A DNA stretch of 32,000 nt from an archaeon. GTDB lineage: Archaea > Iainarchaeota > Iainarchaeia > Iainarchaeales > JANQMZ01. Location: positions 480,001 through 512,000 of the forward strand of contig JANQMZ010000007.1 in NCBI GenBank assembly GCA_028279805.1, given 5' to 3'. Of the stretch, positions 25,842 to 32,000 are shown piece after piece (position 1 is the stretch's first letter; each line of letters starts with the position of its first letter). The notes beneath the pieces were generated by a model, which saw nothing but the letters and a program-made list of their open reading frames with translations, was not told where the DNA came from and did not search any database. The position numbers and the translations under genes are program-made.

Positions 25842-26357
25842 ATGAAACTTACAATATCTGACAAAAAAACAGGAAAAGCATATTCAAAAGATCTGGAAAA
25901 ACCAGAATTTATAGGAAAAAAAATTGGCGATGAAATTTCACTTGACAACATAGGTTTGGCAGGATATTCTGCAAAAATTACAGGGGGAAGCGATAAAAAC
26001 GGGTTTCCGATGAAGCCGACAGTTGAAGGAAGTTCCAGAAGAAAAATAAGAATGAAAGGCGGAATAGGCTTTAAACCCAAAAAAAAGGGATTATACAGGA
26101 GAAAAAGTGTGAGAGGAAAAATTGTTTCAGATAATATTAACCAATTAAACCTAATAGTAACAAAACATGGTTCAGAAAAGCTTGAAAAAATTTTAGCAAA
26201 AAAAGAGGAAAAAAAAGAAGAAGGGGAAGAAAAAAAAGAGGAAACTGAAAAAGCAGAAAAAAAGCCGGAAGCAGCAACAGAGCAAAAAAAAGAAAAACCA
26301 GAAAAAGCGGATGAAAAAGCTGCTGAAGAAAAAGAAAAAAAGGAGAATAAAAAATGA
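25842..26357 (+). CDS. rps6e: 30S ribosomal protein eS6 with an approximately 55-aa K/E/A-rich C-terminal tail
   Basis: G.....I.GGSDK.GFPM......G..R.K.....G.GF.P...G.RRRK.VRG pattern. Tail starts at about nt 26190. Confidence 0.93.
   Translation: MKLTISDKKTGKAYSKDLEKPEFIGKKIGDEISLDNIGLAGYSAKITGGSDKNGFPMKPTVEGSSRRKIRMKGGIGFKPKKKGLYRRKSVRGKIVSDNINQLNLIVTKHGSEKLEKILAKKEEKKEEGEEKKEETEKAEKKPEAATEQKKEKPEKADEKAAEEKEKKENKK
26265..26356 (+). repeat. eS6 tail segment built of modules shared with the eS31 tail and the eS24 tail/junction
   Basis: 26265-26276 equals 29364-29375 (12/12). 26279-26297 equals 29381-29399 (19/19). 26304-26334 equals 29100-29130 (31/31). 26341-26356 equals 29138-29153 (16/16). 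Confidence 0.9.
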
Positions 26358-27517
26358 GTGGGGTGCAGGCAGAAGTTAACATTGGCCTGGTTGGACATGT
26401 TGATGCCGGAAAAACAAGCCTTGTTGAATCTTTAACAGGTTCATGGACTGATACGCATTCTGAAGAATTAAAAAGAGGAATTTCAATAAGACTTGGTTAT
26501 GCCGATGTGGCTTTTTATAAATCAGGAAACAATTATACCACTGAAAAAAAAGGAAAAATTTCAAGAATTGTTTCATTTGTTGATGCCCCGGGACATGAAA
26601 CTTTGATGATGACAATGTTATCAGGCGCAGCAATAATGAACGGAGCAATTCTGGTTGTAGCTGCGAATGAAAAATGCCCTCAACCGCAAACAGTTGAACA
26701 TATGAATGCGGTTCATGCTTCCAATATTAAAAATTTGATTGTCGCTCAGAACAAAATTGACTTGGTTTCAAAAGAACAGGCAAAAAAAAATTTTAAAGAA
26801 ATAAAAGAATTTTTGAAAGATTATGGATATGAAAATTCTCCAATTATTCCCACAGCAGCACATTCAAAATTAAACATTGATTTGCTGATAAAAACAATAA
26901 TTGAACATATTCCGGTTCCGAAACTTGGTGAAAAAAAACCGTTAAGATTGTTTTGTGCAAGATCCTTTGATATTAACAAGCCGGGAACAGTTGCAGAAAA
27001 ACTTGAAGGAGGCGTTATAGGCGGTTCAATAATGCAGGGAACAATAAAGCCCGGTGAAAAAATAGAAATAAGCCCTGGTTTGGATGAAAGCGGGGGAACA
27101 ATAATAACAAATGTGAAAAGTGTTACTTCAAGCAATGGAAAATTAAAAGAAGCAAAACCGGGAGGATTAATTGCAATAAAAACAGAGCTTGACCCGAGTT
27201 TAACATCAAATGATGCGTTAAAAGGGCAGGTGATAGCAAAACCGGGTTCTTTGCCTGAACCAAAAAATGTAATTGAATTAGAAGTTGAATTTTTGAAAAG
27301 AATATTGTCAGATTTGCCAAAATCTTTTACGGTAAACGAACCGGTTGTTTTAATAATCGGAACATTACCTGTCATTGGCGCGGTTGCAAAAATTAAGGGA
27401 AATGTTGCCCAGATTAAAACAAACAAAAAAATTGTGATAGAAAAAAAACAAAAAATTGCCATAAACAAAAAAGACAACGCGAGGTGGAGGCTGGTTGCTT
27501 ATGGCGTTACAAAATAA
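26354..27517 (+). CDS. eif2g: translation initiation factor aIF2 gamma subunit (zinc-knuckle-less)
   Basis: NIGLVGHVDAGKTSLVESLTG.WTD.HSEELKRGISI.LGYA, FVDAPGHE and QNKIDL motifs. The segment between G2 and G3 is short and lacks Cys. Confidence 0.93.
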   Translation: MSGVQAEVNIGLVGHVDAGKTSLVESLTGSWTDTHSEELKRGISIRLGYADVAFYKSGNNYTTEKKGKISRIVSFVDAPGHETLMMTMLSGAAIMNGAILVVAANEKCPQPQTVEHMNAVHASNIKNLIVAQNKIDLVSKEQAKKNFKEIKEFLKDYGYENSPIIPTAAHSKLNIDLLIKTIIEHIPVPKLGEKKPLRLFCARSFDINKPGTVAEKLEGGVIGGSIMQGTIKPGEKIEISPGLDESGGTIITNVKSVTSSNGKLKEAKPGGLIAIKTELDPSLTSNDALKGQVIAKPGSLPEPKNVIELEVEFLKRILSDLPKSFTVNEPVVLIIGTLPVIGAVAKIKGNVAQIKTNKKIVIEKKQKIAINKKDNARWRLVAYGVTK

Positions 27518-27872
27518 AGTGGTTATTGATACAAACATGTTGTTGAGCGTTAAAAAATTTAAAATTGATATTTTTGAAGAAGTGAAAAAAATGATTGGAG
27601 ACACAAAATTTGTCATAACGGACAAAATTGAAAAAGAAATGAGTTTTTTAGAGCAAAAAGGGAAAAATTTTTCATTTGAAAAAAAACTGATTGAAAAAAA
27701 CAATGTAAAAACTGAAAAAACTGATGCAAAAACAACAGATGAATCATTAGAAGAATTGGCGGAAAAAAATTATTTTGTTGCAACAAATGACAAAGAATTA
27801 ATTAAAAAAATAAAAAAAAAAGGAGGCAAAGTCATTTTTATAAGAAAAAAATCTTTTCTTAAAATGGCATAA
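27501..27872 (+). CDS. PIN-domain protein (Fcf1/Utp24-like, COG1412-type)
   Basis: VVIDTNML N-terminal acidic PIN motif and VATNDKELIKKIKKKG near the C-terminus. It occupies the conserved archaeal slot between aIF2gamma and Rpo7. ATG 27501 is preferred to TTG 27495. Confidence 0.72.
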   Translation: MALQNKVVIDTNMLLSVKKFKIDIFEEVKKMIGDTKFVITDKIEKEMSFLEQKGKNFSFEKKLIEKNNVKTEKTDAKTTDESLEELAEKNYFVATNDKELIKKIKKKGGKVIFIRKKSFLKMA

Positions 27873-27889
27873 GCAGAGGTGACAAAAAA

Positions 27890-28489
27890 ATGTATGAAAT
27901 AATAACAGTTGAAGACACTGTAAGACTTCCCCCGACAGAATTCGGAAAAAAATTAAACCAAACACTGGTTTCCATAACAAAAGAATTATATGAGGGAGTT
28001 TTAGATGAGGATATAGGAGTAATAGTGTCAGTAACAAATGCTGAAAAAGTGGGAGATGGAAAAGTTATTCCGGGAGACGGAGGAGCATATTACAAAACAA
28101 AAATAAAAATGCTGGTATACAAGCCAAAAATACATGAAATTGTTGAGGGTTCTGTCCAGGAAGTAACAGATTTCGGAGCATTTATGGTAATAGGCCCGGT
28201 TGAAGGATTATGCCATGTCAGCCAAATAATGGACGAATACATAAATTATGACTCCAAAAATTCAAAATTTTCAGGAAAAAACACCAATAAAAACATTGGA
28301 CTGGGAGATAATGCCATTTCAAGAATTGTTACAATAAGCCTGAAAGGAACAATTTCAGACTCAAAAATTGGTTTAACAATGAGACAGCCTTTTTTGGGAA
28401 AACTTGAATGGATAGAAAAAGAAATTAAAAACAAGAAAAAAAAACCAAGTGAAAAAAAAGAAAAAAATGAAAAAGAGGAAAAAAAATAA
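27890..28489 (+). CDS. rpoE: DNA-directed RNA polymerase subunit E' (Rpo7), with a K/E-rich C-terminal tail
   Basis: MYEIITVEDTVRLPP..F, and an S1 domain (EIVEG.V.EVT.FGAF..IGP.EGL.H.SQI.D). Confidence 0.92.
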   Translation: MYEIITVEDTVRLPPTEFGKKLNQTLVSITKELYEGVLDEDIGVIVSVTNAEKVGDGKVIPGDGGAYYKTKIKMLVYKPKIHEIVEGSVQEVTDFGAFMVIGPVEGLCHVSQIMDEYINYDSKNSKFSGKNTNKNIGLGDNAISRIVTISLKGTISDSKIGLTMRQPFLGKLEWIEKEIKNKKKKPSEKKEKNEKEEKK

Positions 28490-28498
28490 GGTGAAAAA

Positions 28499-28696
28499 AT
28501 GGTTGGAAAAGAAAAAGCATGCAGAGAATGCAGGTTCGTAATAGAGGAAGGGGAAAATTGCCCGACATGCAATTCAACATCTTTTACAACATTTTGGAGA
28601 GGATTCGTGGTAATAATTGACCCTGAAAACTCGACACTGGCAAAAAAAATGGGAGTAGAAAAACCCGGAAAATATGCACTAAGGCTAAGCAGGTGA
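28499..28696 (+). CDS. spt4: transcription elongation factor Spt4 (RpoE'')
   Basis: ACRECR.......CP.C.S......W.G.V.I.DPE.S..AK..G...PG.YAL. Confidence 0.92.
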   Translation: MVGKEKACRECRFVIEEGENCPTCNSTSFTTFWRGFVVIIDPENSTLAKKMGVEKPGKYALRLSR

Positions 28697-28700
28697 AAAA

Positions 28701-29147
28701 ATGGATTTAGAAATAATAAAAGAATTTGAAAACAAACTCATAGGAAGAAAAGAAATAGAATTTCAGATACAAAATGCAAAACTAACACCTTCAAGAAAAG
28801 AACTTGTTAAAAAAATTTCAGCATTAAAAAATGCAAAAGAAGAACAAATAATCATAGGAAACTTGGCCCAATTGTTTGGCTCAAACACAGTCAGAGGACA
28901 GGCAAGAATTTATGATTCAGTTAAAATGCTTGAAAAATCCGAACTTAAAGGAATTATAGCAAGACACAGGCCTAAAGAAAAAAAGGAAAAAGAAGGGGAA
29001 GAAGAAACAACTCCAGAAAAAGAACCAGAACAAAAAAGCGAAAAAAAAGAAGAAACTGAAAAACAACAGGAAGAAGAGCAGAAGAAAGAAAAAGTAGAGA
29101 AAGCGGATGAAAAAGCTGCTGAAGAAAAAGGGAAACAAGGAGAATAA
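28701..29147 (+). CDS. rps24e: 30S ribosomal protein eS24 with an approximately 60-aa K/E-rich C-terminal tail
   Basis: N.LIGRKEI.F.I......TPSRKE...K...L.......I.I......FG.....G.A.IYDS. Confidence 0.92.
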   Translation: MDLEIIKEFENKLIGRKEIEFQIQNAKLTPSRKELVKKISALKNAKEEQIIIGNLAQLFGSNTVRGQARIYDSVKMLEKSELKGIIARHRPKEKKEKEGEEETTPEKEPEQKSEKKEETEKQQEEEQKKEKVEKADEKAAEEKGKQGE

Positions 29148-29153
29148 AAAATG
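29100..29153 (+). repeat. eS24 tail end plus eS31 start: partner of the eS6/aIF2gamma junction repeat
   Basis: The 31-mer AAAGCGGATGAAAAAGCTGCTGAAGAAAAAG and the 16-mer AGGAGAATAAAAAATG are identical to 26304-26334 and 26341-26356. They are separated by 7 nt here and 6 nt there. Confidence 0.9.
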
Positions 29154-29429
29154 GCTGAAGAAAAAAAAGGAAAAAAAGAAAAAAAGAAAAGAGACAAAAA
29201 GAACAAGTCAAATTATTATGAAGCTTCAGGTGAAACTTTTAAAAGAAACAGAAAGCATTGTCCAAAATGCGGAGCAGGAATATTTTTAGCACAGCACAAA
29301 GAAAGATTGCATTGCGGAAAATGCGGTTATACTGAAATTCAAAAAACGGTGCAGGAAAAAAAACCGGAAGCAGCAGAGCAAGAGCAAAAAAAAGAAAAAG
29401 CTGAAGAAAAAAGCGAAAAAACGAATTAA
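29151..29429 (+). CDS. rps27ae: 30S ribosomal protein eS31 (S27ae) with K/E-rich N- and C-terminal extensions
   Basis: Zinc ribbon YYE.SG......RK.CPKCG.G.FLA.H..R..CGKCGYTE. Confidence 0.92.
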   Translation: MAEEKKGKKEKKKRDKKNKSNYYEASGETFKRNRKHCPKCGAGIFLAQHKERLHCGKCGYTEIQKTVQEKKPEAAEQEQKKEKAEEKSEKTN

Positions 29430-29480
29430 AGCATTTTTTTGGCTTTTTAAGTGCTTTTTTTGAGTTTTAAGTGGGAAAAA

Positions 29481-30074
29481 ATGAGCACTGTTATCAACAA
29501 AAACAAGTCTCTTAGGGAAGGAGTTTCAGCCATTTTAAACAAAAAAATAATTATTTACCCCACTGAAACATGTTACGGAATAGGGGGAAATGCATTAATC
29601 CCTGAAGTTATTAAAAAAATAAGAAAAATAAAAAAGAAAAAAACACCTTTACTGATTCTTGTCGCGGATTTAAAAGAAGCTCAAAAATACTGTCATTTAA
29701 ACAATGAAGCAAAAAAACTTGCAAAAAAATTTATGCCGGGAGCACTAACATTAATTGTTCCAAAAAAGAAAATTTTACCTGAAAGTCTGGCAGGAAAAAA
29801 AATCGGTTTCAGAATATCTTCAGACAAGTTTGCAAAAGAATTATGCAAAAAAAGCAAAAAACCTATAATTTCAACATCTGCAAATTTACACGGAGAAAAA
29901 GAAATTTATTCAGCAAAAAAAGCAGTTAAACATTTTGAAAACAAAGTTGATTTGATTATTGATGCCGGAAAACTAAAAAAAGAAAAACCTTCCACAGTTT
30001 ATGATGTTGAACTGAGGAAAATATTAAGAAAAGGAAAAATAAACCTGAATCAAATAAATTCTGTGATAAAATGA
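29481..30074 (+). CDS. threonylcarbamoyl-AMP synthase, short YrdC/TsaC-type (Sua5 family without the C-terminal Sua5 domain)
   Basis: IIIYPTETCYGIGGNA, PGALTLIV, ISTSANLHGEK and PSTVYDV motifs. ATG 29481 is preferred to the in-frame GTG 29451, which adds a hydrophobic non-conserved MLFLSFKWEK. Confidence 0.88.
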   Translation: MSTVINKNKSLREGVSAILNKKIIIYPTETCYGIGGNALIPEVIKKIRKIKKKKTPLLILVADLKEAQKYCHLNNEAKKLAKKFMPGALTLIVPKKKILPESLAGKKIGFRISSDKFAKELCKKSKKPIISTSANLHGEKEIYSAKKAVKHFENKVDLIIDAGKLKKEKPSTVYDVELRKILRKGKINLNQINSVIK

Positions 30075-31039
30075 TAATACTGGGAATTGAAAGCACAGCA
30101 CATACTTTTGGAGCCGGAATAATAAATGAAAAAAAAGAAATTTTAGCAAACGAAAAAAGTTCTTTTACAACAAAACAAGGGGGAATTCATCCCAGAAAAG
30201 CAGCTGAACACCATTCCCAAAATGTTTTAAGTGTTGTAAAAAAAGCAATGGAAAAATCAAAATTATCATGGAATCAAATTGACGGAATAGCTTTTTCACA
30301 GGGTCCGGGTCTGGGGCCCTGTTTAAAAGTCGGGGCAGTGGCTGCAAGAACATTATCTATTATACATAACAAACCGTTGTTTCCTGTGAATCACTGCATT
30401 GCACATATTGAAATTGCAAAAGTTTTGGGCAAAGCAAAAAATCCCATTATTGTTTTCACTTCAGGTGCAAATACGCAGATAATCGGGCTTGAAAATAAAA
30501 AATACAGAATTTTTGGAGAAACACTTGACACCGGTTTGGGGAATATGCTTGACTCTTTTGGAAGAAAGATTGGTTTGGGTTTTCCTGCAGGACCCGTGCT
30601 TGACAAATGGTATTTTGAAGGAAAAAAACTGGTAGAACTGCCTTACACGGTTAAAGGAATGGATTTGGCTTTTTCAGGCCTGCAGACTGCTGCTGAACAA
30701 AAAATAGGAAAAGAAAACAAAAAAGATTTGGCTTATTCTTTGCTGCATAATGCTTTTGCAATGGTTACAGAGGTTACGGAAAGAGCGTTGGCCCACACCA
30801 GAAAAAAAGAAGTGATTATTACAGGCGGAGTTGCTGCTTCAAAAGCTTTAAGGCAAATGATTCAAAAAATGTGTTATGAACGGGGAGCAAAAGCTTTCGT
30901 TCCTCCGGTAGAATTCTGTGTTGACAATGGTTTAATGATTGCATGGAACGGCCTACTTTTGTCAAAATCCAAACATAAAGAAAACAATTCGGAAATAAAA
31001 CCATATCAAAGAGTTGACCAGGTTAATGTTTCCTGGTAA
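30071..31039 (+). CDS. kae1: tRNA N6-adenosine threonylcarbamoyltransferase Kae1 (stand-alone, not fused to Bud32)
   Basis: ILGIESTAHTFGAGI, AFSQGPGLGPCL, VNHCIAHIE (His pair) and GGVAAS. ATGA overlap with the upstream Sua5/TsaC gene. Confidence 0.93.
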   Translation: MIILGIESTAHTFGAGIINEKKEILANEKSSFTTKQGGIHPRKAAEHHSQNVLSVVKKAMEKSKLSWNQIDGIAFSQGPGLGPCLKVGAVAARTLSIIHNKPLFPVNHCIAHIEIAKVLGKAKNPIIVFTSGANTQIIGLENKKYRIFGETLDTGLGNMLDSFGRKIGLGFPAGPVLDKWYFEGKKLVELPYTVKGMDLAFSGLQTAAEQKIGKENKKDLAYSLLHNAFAMVTEVTERALAHTRKKEVIITGGVAASKALRQMIQKMCYERGAKAFVPPVEFCVDNGLMIAWNGLLLSKSKHKENNSEIKPYQRVDQVNVSW

Positions 31040-31042
31040 TTT

Positions 31043-31612
31043 TTATTCTTTTCTTATTCTTCTTGCAAGTTGTTGAACAGGTGGTGAGTGAGTGAAAGTT
31101 TCACGGTATTCTTTTGTATACTTGTAAACAAACAAAAACAGAGCGGTTAAAACTATAAAAATTGTAACATTTAAAATTGTTGTAAAAGGTTCTGAAAGAT
31201 TTCGTTTCTCCCAGTCAATTAAAACAAATTCAGGGTCAAGATATGCGGCAATTGACATTGCAATTAAAACCGCAAAAACAAATTCAATTAAATTTAATGC
31301 TAAAATTCTGGGATCATTTTTAGCATCAGCAATTTTTGATTTTGTTGTAGAACTGATTAGATTGCCGGCATTTTTTTGAAGTTCATATGCAAACGGAAAT
31401 TTTTTTGAAATAAAAATCTGGAGTGCAATTATTGCAATTAAAATTGCTCCCAGAAAAATATAAGGCTGTTCTGACACTGCAGGACTGATTGAAACACTTT
31501 TTGCAGCAAGTGAAATGTCAATATTCAGGGTTTGAAACAAAAACCATAAAAAAGCAAAAGCCAGAACTATTTGCAAAGCCAAAATTGTTAAATCTGATTT
31601 TTTTAAATCCAT
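31043..31612 (-). CDS. hypothetical integral membrane protein (about 4 TM helices)
   Basis: 189-aa ORF with four clear hydrophobic helices. It is convergent with kae1, and the stops are 3 nt apart. No family recognised. Confidence 0.6.
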   Translation of the reverse strand: MDLKKSDLTILALQIVLAFAFLWFLFQTLNIDISLAAKSVSISPAVSEQPYIFLGAILIAIIALQIFISKKFPFAYELQKNAGNLISSTTKSKIADAKNDPRILALNLIEFVFAVLIAMSIAAYLDPEFVLIDWEKRNLSEPFTTILNVTIFIVLTALFLFVYKYTKEYRETFTHSPPVQQLARRIRKE

Positions 31613-31635
31613 TAACAGAATATGATAAGCATTAT

Positions 31636-31645
31636 TAATAAATTT
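31636..31645 (-). promoter_or_regulatory. candidate TATA element CAAATTTATT (minus strand), about 28 nt upstream of the membrane-protein ATG
   Basis: Reverse complement of 31636-31645. It is the same 10-mer as at 20575-20584. No SD is present, which implies a leaderless mRNA. Confidence 0.35.
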
Positions 31646-31719
31646 GAGCCGTTTAACGGTTTTAAAACCAAAAAAGGCTTTTTAAAGATTATTCAGGCAC
31701 TTTGTTTTAGAGTGGTTTA

Positions 31720-32000
31720 ATGGCAAAACTAAATTTTAATGATTTAAGTCAAAAATGGCAAAAACAATGGGAAAATGAAAAAACCTATATTTTTGACCCA
31801 AAAGCAGGAAAATCTGTTTATTCCATTGATACTCCTCCGCCAACTGTCAGCGGCACGATGCACATAGGGCATGCTTTGGGTTATACCCAGGCAGATGTTA
31901 TTGCCCGTTATAAAAAAATGGCCGGATTTAATGTATTTTATCCTTTTGGATATGATGACAATGGTCTGGCTACTGAAAGATTTGTTGAAAAAAAAATCAA
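31720..32000 (+). CDS. valS: valyl-tRNA synthetase, N-terminal fragment (continues past window)
   Basis: YSIDTPPPTVSGTMHIGHALGYTQADVIARYKKMAGFNVFYPFGYDDNGL is the class Ia HIGH region with the archaeal ValRS-type PPPTVSG context. Confidence 0.85.
   Translation, partial: MAKLNFNDLSQKWQKQWENEKTYIFDPKAGKSVYSIDTPPPTVSGTMHIGHALGYTQADVIARYKKMAGFNVFYPFGYDDNGLATERFVEKKI

Noticed and set aside
29451-29480. GTG 29451 as the start of the Sua5/TsaC gene (ORF-track call).
   Set aside because: It would add MLFLSFKWEK, translated from the T-rich spacer that also carries the GCTTTTTAA and oligo-T elements. ATG 29481, preceded by GTGGGA, gives an N-terminus of typical YrdC length.
1-32000. Alternative genetic code or stop-codon reassignment, which is sometimes seen in reduced genomes.
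   Set aside because: TAA, TAG (for example eL32 at 9795-9797 and uS9 at 18827-18829) and TGA (for example uL4, uS3 and uL5) all terminate conserved proteins at the expected C-termini. The standard code fits.
1-32000. CRISPR arrays, transposases or integrases, toxin-antitoxin or other defence systems.
   Set aside because: No spaced direct-repeat array and no recombinase- or nuclease-like ORF was found, apart from the conserved housekeeping PIN protein in its canonical operon slot. The only repeats found are the short junction and tail modules reported above.

Overview
AT-rich archaeal sequence, about 95% coding. Apart from one convergent membrane-protein gene at the right end, everything is on the + strand. 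The window is dominated by the archaeal translation/transcription superoperon. Block 1 (840-19706) holds 36 protein genes and one tRNA with no gap larger than about 100 nt. Its order is uL3-uL4-uL23-uL2-uS19-uL22-uS3-uL29-Rpp29-uS17-uL14-uL24-eS4-uL5-uS14-uS8-uL6-eL32-eL19-uL18-uS5-uL30-uL15-SecY-DUF106/YidC-like-eL34-eL14-uS13-uS4-uS11-RpoD-tRNA-Leu(UAA)-eL18-uL13-uS9-RpoN-uS2. A TrmB-family regulator and GluRS follow. Block 2 (22369-31039) is L7Ae-eS28-eL24-Ndk-Dut-aIF5B-eS6-aIF2gamma-PIN-Rpo7-Spt4-eS24-eS31-Sua5/TsaC-Kae1. The window ends with the 5' end of ValRS. In total there are 37 ribosomal protein genes, including a 51-codon uS14 absent from the ORF track. Eukaryote-like r-proteins, Rpo subunits, aIF2gamma/aIF5B and Kae1 show the organism is archaeal. 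Loss of adk, cmk, rpoK and eno from their usual slots, short enzymes and lysine-rich protein tails suggest a reduced-genome (DPANN-like) lineage, but that is inference only. I found no CRISPR array, mobile element, defence island or discrete novel multi-gene system. The points worth a second look are listed here. (1) K/E/A-rich low-complexity tails are appended to at least a dozen information-processing proteins, and exact nucleotide modules are shared between the eS6, eS24 and eS31 tails. (2) A dut gene is precisely bracketed by a 13-nt direct repeat at the normally contiguous ndk-infB junction. (3) A box D'/C'-like K-loop candidate lies in the L7Ae leader. (4) The spacer in front of uL3 is unusually long and dense in palindromes. 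(5) A small SD-led ORF is wedged between secY and the DUF106 gene.
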